Positions 25,900 to 39,800 of a stretch of DNA of 64,000 nucleotides are shown piece after piece. The first letter of the stretch is position 1. Every line of letters starts with the position of its first letter. The translations under genes were made by a program, and so were the position numbers. The notes under the pieces were generated by a model. It saw only the letters and a list, made by a program, of their open reading frames with translations. It made no database searches and was not told the DNA's origin. This DNA is from a virus (lineage: Duplodnaviria > Heunggongvirae > Uroviricota > Caudoviricetes): the IMG/VR virus record IMGVR_UViG_3300010049_000009, positions 192,001 to 256,000 of that record. One strand, given 5' to 3'.

Positions 25900-28800
25900 T
25901 TAGATTTCTTCTGCTGTTATTACAATATTAATATTATTAACTATTTCTTCATTACCAAAGAAACATAATCTTTCTATTGTTCCTTGTACTTCTCCGTATA
26001 TAATATCAACAACAATTGTTCTACTACCACTAAATGTTATTTTAACCCCACCATGTGGTATTGTACTTGATTTGGGTATTAAAGTTACTACACCGGACGT
26101 TTGTAGTGGTGTTTCAACACCCGCAATTTTAAGTGTACCATTTGCTCTTGTAACACTATCTTCACCAAAATTTGGTCTTAAATTAACCGTTGGTGTAATG
26201 GTTGTTGTTCCAAAAGCATAACATTCAGCATCCGAAGTTGCTGTCCAATTTCCTGTCATATCAATAACACCCGTATAACCAAAGAATGTCCCACCAAATA
26301 CCGCCCAACCTTTTTTAATGGCAATATTTTTATCACATAAATCAATATGTGGGTTTCCACCAATTCTAACTTGTCCGTAGGTTACTGTGGGTAAACTTCG
26401 GAACATACTATCCAATTCTTCTCTAAACAATAAGTTACCACTAACATTTATATATCTAATATCTTTGTTTTTGGATACATCAAATTGCATTAAAAATCCG
26501 GCAATACAATTAATATGTGTAATAGAAGAGTTTGTATAGATACCAATACAATGAACATGCCTTGCTCTATAATCCATTCTTACTCTTGTTTCCCCACCCG
26601 TTAATGTTATTTTGGTAATAGCTGTTTCCCCGCTTGCAAAAACTTCGGTTACAGGTACACCAGGTATGGGCATCCCCCAATGAATATAAGCATCACCCGC
26701 ACTACCTGTTATTTCTAAATAAAGTGGTGCTTGTCTATCAATATTAGACAATTTATTTGTTACCATAAGAGTATTCAAAGGTAAACCATTATATGTTTTA
26801 GCAACTTCTCTACGCCCAAAATGAATGTGGTTATTCCACGATCTATTTTGATTGGATGCGTTACGTGGATAAGTACTACTAAAATTACTTTCACGACCTT
26901 GATAATGATCGTCTATCACATCAAATTTATCGCTTGTGTGCATATTTTCAATTTTTGCTGGTTGAAATGGGCTATTATAATTAGCGGGTAAATATGGTAT
27001 AACATGTGTTTTATCTGGTCCAAATTGAAAATCTAATTCAGAAGAAACAAAATTACCATATTCATTTACTTGCCACACCACTACTGCTGTATTACCACAC
27101 GCAAATATCAAATCTTTAAATAAAAATATATGACGATATCTATTAATATCACTACTATTTACCATCCCAATACTAGCAATTGCATTAGTACCACGATGTA
27201 TATAGTTACCATATAAATCCGACCAATAATAAACTTGGGAATTACGCCCGGCACTTTGATTTGATGTATTTGCTGTTGAAAATAAAAATCTTCTATTGAA
27301 ATTAGGTTCAAATATTATTCGACATAAACTTCTAATATCAGTTTCCGCACCTGTTGTAAGATTACTTCTGTATTTTGCATCATATTCATTCATAACACCT
27401 GTCGTAAAATCAAACACAGTACATAAGTTAGTACTATTAGCAGTTGTTCCTGTTATACCCCATAATATTCCATTATTATCAAAAGTAATATCTATTATAT
27501 TATTTTCTGTGTTTCTTGTAGTACCCAATAAAGTCTGAACACCCGTTGTTATATTAACAGAATAAATATCCCTGGTATTAGCATAATATAATAAATTTCC
27601 TGGTCTAGGTAGAACTTTTACGATAGCAGTTGTGCTTGTTAAAACGTTTGTTATACTTTGTAAATTATCAGATTCACGTAATAATTGTGTTCCTCTAATA
27701 AAATAAAATCTTCCATCTAAATGTTCGGCGTGTTGTTCAAATTGTGTTATATTATCTGTTTCATTTACGAATGAAAAAAATAAATCTATACTATTTAGTT
27801 CAGAATTATATTTATAAACATTACCACTATGAAATATATAAATTCTATCATTACAAGTATTATTAGTAACAAGCGTTGGTGCGGTGTTATTACCACCTAT
27901 ATTCATAACGGAACCCGATTCTGAATCATCCCATTTGCGCCATCTTCTTAGTGTGGAATTACCTTCAACTGTACCATGTAGAAGTTTTGTTTGTGTTCCA
28001 ATACCACAATGTGTGTAGTTAATCTCATCAATTGGGGCGTTGGATAATCTAAAACTATTTGAACCAACTAATCTCATAACCCCACCACGGGCATTAGAAA
28101 CAAGATAAAATTCTTTATCATTCCGCATTGGTAATACATAACTCATTGAAGACACATTTGAGGGAACACGATTCAGTGGCATAATATTAGGTAAATGGGC
28201 ATTATATAACACATGTGTACCAATATTTGCTGTGCTTTGTGTTGGTGTTATATTAGTAATTGTATCAAGTTCATGTAAGAATGTTACAGAAAAATCAGAA
28301 TTTAGACGATACAATCGTGGGTTATATTCATTATGATTTGCTAATATACACGACATACCATCCATATAAAAGTGTGAATTTAATGTATAATTTGTATCCA
28401 AACCCGTTATGGAAACAACCTCATTATCTTTCAATATTTGGTTATTTGTAAGTATAAGATAAGTTGGTGTAGATTCGTCATATTTATTTGAAAAATAATC
28501 AGAATAAGTACCCATATTACTCCCACCACTAATATTTCCTATTTGTTCGTAAGAAAGGTTATATACAACAAAACTACTACCCGACCCAATATAAATGTTA
28601 TTTAATACCTTATAAACATGGTTGAGTGTTGGAATTATTGGGGTTTCCATATTATGTCTATTTAATGTGGTTGCTATACCTGTTGATAAATTATATTCTA
28701 TTATAGCAGAATGACCAGCATTGATTATAGATATTAATATTTTTTCCTCATTTACTTGAATAAATCTAAGTGTAAATTGTGTTATTTGTGAGGTTGCCAA

Positions 28801-30861
28801 ACCACCCATTATTGTTCCCCAATCAGGTGGTATTACCTGTCTGTTAGTGTTTGTCACAACATCATATATCCAACATTGTATTGTACCACTAGTTCTATTC
28901 AAATAAACCATAAAACGGTTATAGGTGTGATATCCTAGACTAGGACTAAAAAAATCGGGTATAGTGCTATTACCACTACTTGTAATAACAGGTAATGCGG
29001 ATTGTATACTAGAAACTAATTCAAATGTTAATTTATTGAATTTTAATATTCGATGTATAAGCATAGTGTTACTACTAAGACTACCAATATTTGGGTAATA
29101 ATGTCTAGTTAACCCATGCATAATAACTAAAAACGTGATAGTTTCTTCTTCTTCATATAAAAGTATTGGTCTCACAAATGGTGGACCATATACACCAGTA
29201 CTATAATCACTGTTAGCCGCACTAATACTAGAAAAACTTGTTGGTGGTGTTGCTAAATCCGGTTTAAATAATATGTTTCTATTACTAACAACATCCCACG
29301 AATACGAAGAAACGTTATAACGTGACACAACAAGATGTAATGATATATTACCTACAGTATAATCCCAACCACTCCAAGAAAAATTACCAACATTAGAAAA
29401 GTTGACTCTATATATATCTCCACCATAATTCAATAAATAATTAGTGTTTAAACCCATATCGGGTACAGTAAATCCGTTTGGTGCGGTGGCAGTTGGGTTA
29501 CGATGCATATATGATTTTTGATGTGTTTGTAATAATTGTAATCTATCTACTTTATCAACAAAATAAACCGGAAAGATTGGTGTACCACTATTCCCAACAG
29601 TACCATATGTATAAACCCTATCACCAACAATAACCGGTACATCGCAAACTCTATGTAATGCGTTTCCATCACACATTCTGGTTTGAGCAGACACAAATTC
29701 CCCACCATATTCAATAAAAGCAAACGCTGTGTGCATAAAATGATCGTTTAGCGACCCACTAATTGAACCACTTCTATTTATAACACGTTTTTTTAGTGTA
29801 TCTACAAATACAAAAAAAGAATATTGGTTAAATGAACCTGTTTTTGTACTAGTTGGGTTGTTTTGGATTCTTGGAGAAGAAATATTAACATACCGTCTAC
29901 ATTGAGTTGGTCTAACATACCAAGTAGTTATATCAGAACTATGTTGCCCCATATCATGTGTTTGAACTTCATCATTATCTAAATCACGAATTTTTAATTC
30001 TATTCTATTATTAACAGTGTTTCTTCTTAAAGAAACAAAACAGTTATTTGCATAATAAAATCCGAGTGTGTTGGTATTAGAAACCTGATCTGATACCATT
30101 TTAAATGTATTGTCATTTACATTATACATTAAAATAGCATTATTTGATGTACATAAAAATTTACCGTCACCAATATTTGGTAATGTTTCACTCCCATTAT
30201 AACCATATAATGTCCACCTTTCTTCATTAAAACCAACCCCCGTGTGTGATAATGTTGTTGTTGCTGTTGTTGGAAAACTACCTATTTCAATAAAATCCAT
30301 ATCATAAATTCTACTATTACAATAGAATTTATCATCATAAAAATATCCGTGAAAAAGTCGTGAAGTGCCGGTTATAGCATCTGTTACTAATCTTGGGTAG
30401 TTTTCTAATATTTTGTATTCAGCATATGGGTCTTCTTGTGTTTCATACACCAATATTGCATGCGCATCTGTTGTATTATTATTACACAAAAATATTACAC
30501 CTTCCTTATGTAAACCACCAACGCTACAATTTGTTAATACAAACTCATTAATTCTTAACATATAAACAAGTCGTATTGGACTACACACGCTTGAATATTG
30601 AATAACTTGATTATTATAATAATATGCTGTGTTTCTTGTTGGGGAATACACATGATTAACTATATCAGCGTATCGTAAGTTTGTTGGGTTATGAGGAACC
30701 ATCCCTTGTAACACCGGTTCCTTTGTTCCTTCCCAAGTCAACATTGCAACAGATGGTGTAAACACATATTCTGCTGTATATCTATTATCATTTTCCGCTG
30801 TGGTCAGATTATCAGATAACGTACACTCAAATTTTAAATTTTTATATGGATAATGTGCCAT
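25900..30861 (-). CDS. 1653-aa beta-rich (propeller-like) putative virion protein with a short C-terminal LRR and cap
   Basis: N/T/S/Y-rich short-strand pattern; FDVSKNKDIRYINVSGN...LP...IGGNP...IAIKKGWAV cap. Confidence 0.75.
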   Translation of the reverse strand: MAHYPYKNLKFECTLSDNLTTAENDNRYTAEYVFTPSVAMLTWEGTKEPVLQGMVPHNPTNLRYADIVNHVYSPTRNTAYYYNNQVIQYSSVCSPIRLVYMLRINEFVLTNCSVGGLHKEGVIFLCNNNTTDAHAILVYETQEDPYAEYKILENYPRLVTDAITGTSRLFHGYFYDDKFYCNSRIYDMDFIEIGSFPTTATTTLSHTGVGFNEERWTLYGYNGSETLPNIGDGKFLCTSNNAILMYNVNDNTFKMVSDQVSNTNTLGFYYANNCFVSLRRNTVNNRIELKIRDLDNDEVQTHDMGQHSSDITTWYVRPTQCRRYVNISSPRIQNNPTSTKTGSFNQYSFFVFVDTLKKRVINRSGSISGSLNDHFMHTAFAFIEYGGEFVSAQTRMCDGNALHRVCDVPVIVGDRVYTYGTVGNSGTPIFPVYFVDKVDRLQLLQTHQKSYMHRNPTATAPNGFTVPDMGLNTNYLLNYGGDIYRVNFSNVGNFSWSGWDYTVGNISLHLVVSRYNVSSYSWDVVSNRNILFKPDLATPPTSFSSISAANSDYSTGVYGPPFVRPILLYEEEETITFLVIMHGLTRHYYPNIGSLSSNTMLIHRILKFNKLTFELVSSIQSALPVITSSGNSTIPDFFSPSLGYHTYNRFMVYLNRTSGTIQCWIYDVVTNTNRQVIPPDWGTIMGGLATSQITQFTLRFIQVNEEKILISIINAGHSAIIEYNLSTGIATTLNRHNMETPIIPTLNHVYKVLNNIYIGSGSSFVVYNLSYEQIGNISGGSNMGTYSDYFSNKYDESTPTYLILTNNQILKDNEVVSITGLDTNYTLNSHFYMDGMSCILANHNEYNPRLYRLNSDFSVTFLHELDTITNITPTQSTANIGTHVLYNAHLPNIMPLNRVPSNVSSMSYVLPMRNDKEFYLVSNARGGVMRLVGSNSFRLSNAPIDEINYTHCGIGTQTKLLHGTVEGNSTLRRWRKWDDSESGSVMNIGGNNTAPTLVTNNTCNDRIYIFHSGNVYKYNSELNSIDLFFSFVNETDNITQFEQHAEHLDGRFYFIRGTQLLRESDNLQSITNVLTSTTAIVKVLPRPGNLLYYANTRDIYSVNITTGVQTLLGTTRNTENNIIDITFDNNGILWGITGTTANSTNLCTVFDFTTGVMNEYDAKYRSNLTTGAETDIRSLCRIIFEPNFNRRFLFSTANTSNQSAGRNSQVYYWSDLYGNYIHRGTNAIASIGMVNSSDINRYRHIFLFKDLIFACGNTAVVVWQVNEYGNFVSSELDFQFGPDKTHVIPYLPANYNSPFQPAKIENMHTSDKFDVIDDHYQGRESNFSSTYPRNASNQNRSWNNHIHFGRREVAKTYNGLPLNTLMVTNKLSNIDRQAPLYLEITGSAGDAYIHWGMPIPGVPVTEVFASGETAITKITLTGGETRVRMDYRARHVHCIGIYTNSSITHINCIAGFLMQFDVSKNKDIRYINVSGNLLFREELDSMFRSLPTVTYGQVRIGGNPHIDLCDKNIAIKKGWAVFGGTFFGYTGVIDMTGNWTATSDAECYAFGTTTITPTVNLRPNFGEDSVTRANGTLKIAGVETPLQTSGVVTLIPKSSTIPHGGVKITFSGSRTIVVDIIYGEVQGTIERLCFFGNEEIVNNINIVITAEEI

Positions 30862-30893
30862 TTTGTTATATTTTTTTATTTATTTATTTTCAA

Positions 30894-33800
30894 TTAGATA
30901 AGTTGTGTTTCAAAATCAGCAAGTGTTTTAGGTATTCGCCAATTACGTGTGGTAGCACTTGTTTGTGGAAAAGTTGATATTAATTCAAGAGAACCATCAT
31001 CTTGTATTTCAGAAACCTTCCAATTATAAAGAACTACGGGTTGTCCACCATATTCTTGTATGTTATAAACCCTTGTTTCATTTACACCCGGTCTAAATCC
31101 CGGTATATTTGTTGAGTTTTCATTTGGTGTTATTAAAATTTGATTAGTGTCGGGGTCTCTATTAGAACCATTAACAAATGCGGGTGTTATAATACCCATT
31201 AATTTGTTAAACATAACATTTTTCAAATCAATTCTAGCATCTAACAATCTATTTTTTGAATCCCTGGCAATACATTGTATTCTCAAAGCTTCAATCCGGG
31301 AAGGATTTGTGCTTGATATATTTGCGGTTGGCCATATGAAACTAAACGTTTGTGTGGTATCCGTTAGTGCACCACTAAGTCCTGTAACGTTAATAGCAGT
31401 GGGATTACCATTAATAATTGCAGTAATTCCCCTTCGATAAGTTATTGTGGGTGTTCCACCAATAGCATTAATAGATACTGTTATTTGTGCACCTGGTTTC
31501 CATTCAGACGGGTCTTCTAATATAGTAATACCCATCCAATTTTCGTTACAAGTATTTCCAAGTTCACTACATTCAACAAAATCAACCGCTTCCTCCGGAT
31601 CATTAGTGTATTTCCAATTAAATGGTGGGCGTTGTATCGTAATGTATGCTCTACTTGCCTCTACTTCTAAAGGTGCTATAGTGTTAAAACCGCTATTAGC
31701 ACTACTAACAAAACATCTAAGTTCCAAAATGTATTTTCCTTCCGCATTAAATCTATTATCAGGAACATTTTGTGTTATTGATGGGACATTTAAGGCATTT
31801 GTTGTTGTTTGCCACGTAGTTTGTTGTGTGAGCATCCAAACATCAGAACTTAAATGTGGGTTTATAGAACCAACACCACCCGGAACCACCGCCCCCCATC
31901 TATAACGATAACCACCAAAACCGTTTTGTGCTTGACAAACACCTGGTATTGTAGTATCTTCTATTATTGTTGTTGCCGCAGGTATTATTTGTGCGGTAAT
32001 CATTATAGCTGTTTGAACATTTCGATAAGTTGAGGGTCCGGGTGCTATAACATGTGAAACCCCCGTAACATCAAATGGTACACCCATTGCTCTTACTTCA
32101 CAACTTACCTGATGTAATCCACCAACCGTTGGTTTATAAATCATTGTGTTGGGAGTTTCGTGTGTTTCTGAATTTTGGGTAACAGTGTGTATTATTACAT
32201 TATTTATTCTTATAAAAAAAGTGTATTCGTATGGTGGCATTGAACCACTTGGTACACAGACCGCTGTAAAGGTGTCTTTTGGACCATCTACCCACATATT
32301 TACTTGATTGGTTGTACCATCTATGTTTAGTGTAGCAGATAACGTTGTTAAACGCCATATAGTAATGGGTTCACAAACAAATGTTATAGCATCAGCAGCA
32401 GTTGATTCAAATATAGTACAACATACTTCAAGTGGTACGTTATGTCTAGCACTAACATTCATATTAGCATCGGTCTGCGTCCATGTATTAGAAGTTTGTG
32501 AAGCAGCAGTTAATAATACAGCACCCGTGTTCTTGTTACGTAAAGAAAACACATATCTATAAGTATTACCATTTGGATTTGGTGGACTTGGTGTCACTGT
32601 TGCTGTAAACGATCCCAAATTACTAACTGTGACCAATCGGTTATCAGGTATTGTTATAACACCTGTTAATGGGAATATTACAATGGGTACTACAACATCT
32701 GTATCTGATATGGTTGTAGTACCTGTGTGGCGTATAAACCCATCTTTTCTTATTGTATAAGGATATGTGCCTTGTAAAACCTCAACTTCATATGTGCCAT
32801 CATCATTATTTTCAATATCATTAGGAATATTAGTAGTAATAATATTTGCATCTACTACCGGTTGTCCACTAACATTGAAAGAAATATCATAATTCTTATA
32901 GAAAAAATCTCCACCACCAGCGGTTATATCAAAGGTCAAAAGGAAACTTTTCTTAACAAGTACAACTTCAACTACTTCGTCAGCGTGGTCAATAGTAACA
33001 TCACCCTCTACTGAATCATAATTATCTTTTGATACATTCCAATCATATTTACCATTTTTGATAAATGTTGTATATGTTCCGTTGTTATGGTTTATTAAAG
33101 AAATTGTTAATTCGGGGTCTGAATCAACAACTTCAATTATAGCATCCGTAATTGGGGTGTTTGTTCCCTCTTCCGAAACAATGAACTTTAATTCGTGTGT
33201 TAACGGTTGAAGTTCAACTAATACCTCAACATCTTGTGGTATGTCACCATCCGCTACGACTGTTCCTGTTTCAGGATAATATCCTTCTGCGGACACATCC
33301 CAAGGATATGTACCGTTTTTCAGTGTTGTTATATAATAACCACCACCAATATTTTCTATTTCAAGTTCAGGGCACAAAACAGTTGCGTCAACTATGTGTT
33401 CACGTGTCCTTTTATCTATCACTTCAAAAATTATTTTATGTACCGCGTCTATTTGAAAACGTAAATCTATTACATCTTCTCCGCAGTCATTTGCAACTTT
33501 TAATTTGACAGTATATTCACCATACCCTGTTGGTGTACCACTAAGTACACCATTTGAATTGATTGTTAAACCAGCAGGCATTGTTCCTTCGACCGACCAA
33601 GTACCTGGACTACCACTGTGTTGAAATGCACCACCTCTTGGTTCACCCATTATGGCGTGAATATAACCAGCATATTGTATTTTTGGGGGACCACAAATTA
33701 TCAAAGTAATATCCTCAATCACCTCACAACAAACACTTCTAAATCGCACCGTGAAAGTAAATTCACCAAATACTTCGGGAATACCGCTAATCAAACCTGT

Positions 33801-36800
33801 TTCCTGATTTAACATTAATCCTGTTGGTAAAACCCCCACAAATACCTCAAAAACACCCGGTGTTCCGTCATTTTTTAGTTGTATGTTTATTTCTTCACCT
33901 TCTATAATTTCATATTCTTCTTCACTAACGTTATCTACCGGTGAACACACAAACATATGAATCATATGTTCTACATCACCGCAATAATTTTCCGCTTTTA
34001 TTGTGAAATAAAAATCACCAAATTCTTCTGTTATTCCGCTAATATTACCTGTTTCACCATCCAAAATTAAACCTTGTGGTAAACCTTTCTTACCACCGGC
34101 AGCGACTATATCTGCGGGTATTTCCCGATCCACTATTAACCAAGCGTGGGGTATCGTTCCTTCAAACATTATATTTGCTGAATATTCGTCACCTAATTCT
34201 GTGTACAAATAATTTGTTGTTACTTCCGGTTTTCTACAAACGAACATTGTTACTTCTCTTTCGTCTTCACCACAAGAATTTTCAACTTTTACGGTAATTG
34301 TGAAGTCACCAAACATTGCCCAATCGCTTGGAACACCGGTAATTTCACCTGTTTCAGGATTCAAACTTAATCCCGGTGGTAAGTCTGTCCATTCTCTCAC
34401 ACCTTTGGTAATTGACCACGTTGCGGGTTTTGTACCAAACGCTTCTAATTGTTGTGAGTTTTCTTCTGCAATAACAAATTCGATATGTGGGGTTATAACG
34501 GTTGGTTGAGCACACACAAACATATGAATAGTGTGTTCTACCTCACCACAATAATTTTCTACTTTTACGGTGAACAAGAAGTTACCAAATGTTAATGGTG
34601 TCCCACTAACTTCACCTGTAAATTCATCTAACATTAAACCTTCGGGTAATCCATAAACATAACCCTCTAATTGTGCCCATTCAGGTAATTCACTATCAAC
34701 TATTGACCAATAATCGGGTGTTGTACCTTCATATTGAATATTTGCTGAATATTCGTTGTTTAACAAACCATACAAATAATTTGTTGTTACTTCCGGTTTT
34801 CTACAAACGAACAATTCTATTTCTTTTTCATCTTCACTACAAGAGTTTTCAACTTTAACAGTAATTGTGAACTCACCAAACATATTCCAATCAGTTGGAA
34901 CACCTGTAATTTCACCTGTTTCAGGATTCAAACTTAATCCTGGTGGTAAGTCTGTCCAACTATTTACACCTTTTGTTATTGTCCATGTACCTTGTGTACC
35001 GAAAGATTCCAATTGTTGTGAGTTTTCTTCTGCGATAACAAATTCAACTCCTTCGGTTAATACTTCTGCTTTACCGCAAACGTATATATGTAATCCTATT
35101 TCGTGTTCACCACAGTAATTTTCAAGTCTTACTACTACGTCAAAGTCACCAAACTCGGTTGGTACACCTGTTACCCATCCTGTTTCTTCGTCTAATTCCA
35201 AACCTTCCGGTAATTCACCTTCAACGATTGACCAAATTCCGGGTGAACCAAAGAATCTTAATTCTCTTGGGTGTTCTTCATCCATTACTAATGCCAAACT
35301 AGTTGTTTGAACTTCGGGTTTAGCACATATAGAAATATTTATTAATTTTACATCCTCACCACAATCATTGACAAATTTTGCTACAAAACTAAATTCACCA
35401 AATTCGGTTGGTGTTCCAAATATTACACCTTCGGCGGTAATAAATAAACCGTTAGGTAAAGAACCTTCGGCGATTGACCAAGTTCCTTCTGAACCTATTA
35501 CTTCTAATTGAACTTCACTTTCTTCTTCAAGAACAAATTCAATATCTTCGGTTATAACGGTTGGTTTTAAACATACAGTAAAATTAACTTCTTTTGTTGC
35601 TTCACCACAAGCGTTTTCAACTTGTACGGTGATAGTGAAATCACCCGATTCTGTTGGTACGCCACTCATAACACCTGTCTCTTCATCTAATTCCAAACCT
35701 TCCGGTAATTCACCTTCAATAACAGTCCATTTTCCTGGTCTGCTACCTGTGAATTGGAATTGTTGTATAACGTTATCATCTACTACGTAGAAATTATCTA
35801 TTTCACCTATAATGTTTGGTAATTGACAAACAAATATTACAACTATTCTTGTTGCTTCACCACAACTATTTTCAAGTTTTACTTCAAAATGGAAGTGTCC
35901 TGATACAACCGGTGTTCCGCTAACTTCACCTGTTTCGGTATTCAAAGTTAAACCTGTTGGTAATGCGCCGTTTATAATACTCCATGTTCCTGGTGTACCA
36001 TCTTGTTCAAATTTTGCTGAACCCGCTTCGTTTAATCTGAAATCCATGTGGTCGTTAGTGATAATCGGTAATCCACACATAAACATATTGATCACCTGTG
36101 TATCTTCACCACAAGGGTTAGTTACTTTTACAGTGAATGTAAAATCACCAAATTCTCTTGGTCTCCCACTGATTTCACCTGTTAATTCATTCAATCTCAA
36201 ACCTTCGGGTAATGTACCATCTATAATTTTCCATTCACCTTGTGTTCCGTCATTCGTTAATTGGAATGATATTCTTCCTTCCATTACAAATTCTAGTTCA
36301 CTTGCACTTGTAATAGTTGGTGTAGCACACACGGTTATATGCACTTCTTTTGTTGCTACGCCGCAATGGTTAGTAAGTTCAACTGTAATAGGGAAGTCAC
36401 CAAATTCGGTCAATGTTCCGCTGATAACACCTGTATTAGGATTCAATGTGAAATTGTTTGGTAATGTACCTGCAACAATTTTCCAAGTTCCTGGTGTACC
36501 TGTTGATAACAGTTGTTGTTCTGACTGTGTTCCCATTACAAAACCCATATTTTCGGTCAAAACGTTTGGTAGTCCGCACATAAATATATGTATTGGTTTA
36601 TATGCTTCACCGCAATAGTTGGTTACTTTTACTATTAAATGGAAGTTACCAAATTCAACTGCGATACCACTGATCAAACCTGTTTCAATATCCAATTCCA
36701 ACCCCACCGGTAGTTCACCCTCATGGATTGACCATGTTCCTGGTGTACCGAAGTGTGTTAATTGTAGGTTAATTTCATCACCCATAACATAGTCGAAATA

Positions 36801-39800
36801 TCCTGGATTTGTTACTTCCGGTTTTCCGCAAACAAAGATACTAATTTCTTTTTCCGCCTCACCGCAAGGATTTTTAAGTACCACAGTGAATAAAAATTCA
36901 CCCATTTCAGTTGCTGTTCCACTAATAACTCCTGATTCACTATCCAATGATAGACCGTTTGGTAATACACCTTCTGTGATTTCCCAAGTTCCTGGTCTAC
37001 TTCCTGTGAATTGAAGTTGTTGTGAACTATTTTCGTTTAATATAAAATCAAATTCTTCGCTTGTAATGTCAGGTAACTTACAGATAAATAGATTTACCTC
37101 TTGTGTTGCTTCACCACAAGGATTTGTTATTTGTACAGTGAATTTGAAGTGTCCCCAAACTGTTGGGATACCACTTATTTCACCTGTTTCTTCGTCTAAT
37201 TCTAAACCTGTTGGTAATGAACTACCGTCAGCAATTGACCACAAACCTTCTGTTCCAAAGTTTTCCAATTGGATTGAAATTTCATCGTCAAATACGGTTT
37301 CAAATGTATTTGGACTTGTAACTACCGGTTTTGCACAGATAAACAAGTCAAATTCTTTCATATCTTCACCACAAGGGTTTTCTATTTTCACTGTGAAGAA
37401 GAAATTACCAAACTCTGTTGGAATACCGCTTATCAAACCTGTTTCGGTGTTTAGTGATAATCCGGCTGGTAACAATGAAGGGGTTTCGTCTGAATATGTG
37501 ATAATACTGTTTTCTACAAGCGACCAAGTTCCTGGTCTGCTTCCTGAAAACAATAATTGTAATTCGTTATACTCATCCATTACGAAATCTACTTCGGTAT
37601 CATTCAATATAGCGGGTTTTCCACAAATGAACATATCAATATCTTGGATTGCGTCACCACAGGGGTTAGTAACCGACACAGTAAATTTGAAGTTACCAAA
37701 TACTGTTGGAACACCATAGATTTCACCTGTTTCTTCTTCTAAAAACAATCCGGCTGGTAATTCACTATCAACTAATGACCATACACCTTCTGTTCCCGAA
37801 GATTCTAATTGTGTATAACCTTCTTCACCCATTACAAAATTTGATATACTGTTACCACTTGTAACTTCCGGTTTTCCACAAACAAACATATCAATATGTT
37901 TAGTATATTCACCGCAAGGATTTTCTATTTTTACATAGAAACTATAATCACCGAATACGGTAGGAGTACCGAAAATTTCGCCTGTTTCACCATTCAATTC
38001 TAATCCTGCTGGTAACTCACCACACACGATTGTCCAAGTTCCTGGTCTACTTCCTGAGAACATAAGTTGTTCTGAACTTTCTTCACCCATTACAAACTCC
38101 ATATACGGGCTACTTACAACCGCAGGTTTTCCACAAATGAACATATCAATATTTTGAACTGCTTCACCGCAAGGATTTTCAACTTGAACAGTAAATTTGA
38201 AGTTACCAAATACCATTGGGTTTCCATAAACCTCACCTGTTTCAGCGTCTAATACCAATCCCATAGGAAGTTCACCCTCTATTACTGACCATACACCTTG
38301 TGTTCCGTCAGAAGTGAGTTGTGCTGAACCGTCTTCACCCATTACAAATGACATACTACTACCGCTTGTAACACTTGGTTTTCCGCAAGTAAATATAGTA
38401 AGTTCTTTTGTAGATTCGCCGCAATGATTTTCTATTTTCACAAAGAAACTAAAATCGCCAAATTCGGTAGGTGTACCACTAATTTCGCCGGTTGTAGGAT
38501 TCAATGTTAATCCTGTTGGCAACTCACCACACACGATTGTCCAAGTTCCTGGTCTGCTTCCTGAGAATGTCATTTGTTCAGAGTGTTGTTCACCCATTAC
38601 AAATTCCATATCACCACTTGTAACTTCCGGTTTTGCGCATATTTGAATAGAAATTGTTCTAGCGTCTTCACCACAAGCGTTTTCAATTTTAACGGTTATG
38701 GTATATGTACCTGAAACTGTCGGTGTACCACTAATTATTCCTGATTCTCCTTCTAATTCCAAACCATTAGGTAAATTACCATTCATAATTGTCCACACAC
38801 CTTGTGTACCCGAAGCAGTTAGTTGTTCTGCACCGTACTCATTCATTACAAAGTTCAAATCACTTGTGTTTGTAACAGTTGGTTTGGCGCATACAGTAAT
38901 ATTAACTACTTTTGTATCGTCACCACAAGGGTTAGTTATTTTAACAGTAATTGGGAATACACCATATTCTGAAAGTGTTCCACTGATTACACCTGTTTCA
39001 CCGTTAAGAGTAAAACCTGTTGGTAATGCACCGTCTATAATTTCCCAAGTTCCTGGTCTGCTTCCTGAGAACACTAATGTTTGTTCTGATGGTTCACCCA
39101 TTACAAACCCCATATCACCACTGATGACACTTGGTTTTCCACAAATGAACACGTCTATATCTTGTGTTGCTTCACCACAAGGATTAACAACTTTTACACT
39201 AAATTTATAATTACCAAATACGGCTGGTGTACCACTCACAACACCTGTCTCACCATTCAGTGTCAGACCTTCCGGTAGCGAACCACCTGAAATTGACCAA
39301 ACACCTTGTGTTCCTGACGAAGTTAGTTGTGCTTCACCTACTTCACCCATTACAAATTCCATACTACTACCACTTGTAATAGTTGGTTTTGCACAAGTAA
39401 ATATGGTTATATCTTTTATATCTTCACCGCAAGTATTAGTAATTTTAACAGCAACGTCAAATATTCCAAATTCAACCGGAGTACCGCTGATCACACCTGT
39501 TGCTGTGTTCAGTGATAATCCTGTTGGTAAATTACCTGTTACTGACCAAGTTCCTGGTCTGCTACCGTCAAACAATAGTTGTTTTGATGCTGCTTCACCC
39601 ATTACGAACTCCATATCACCACTTGTAACAGTTGGTTTTCCGCAGATAAATATATCCAATGTTTGAGTTGCTTCACCACAAGGATTAACAACTTTTACTG
39701 TTGCAACAAAGTTACCAAATACGGTAGGAATACCACTAACAAGTCCTGTATCAGCGTTCAATGTTAGACCTGCTGGTAATTCATCTACTACTGACCAAGT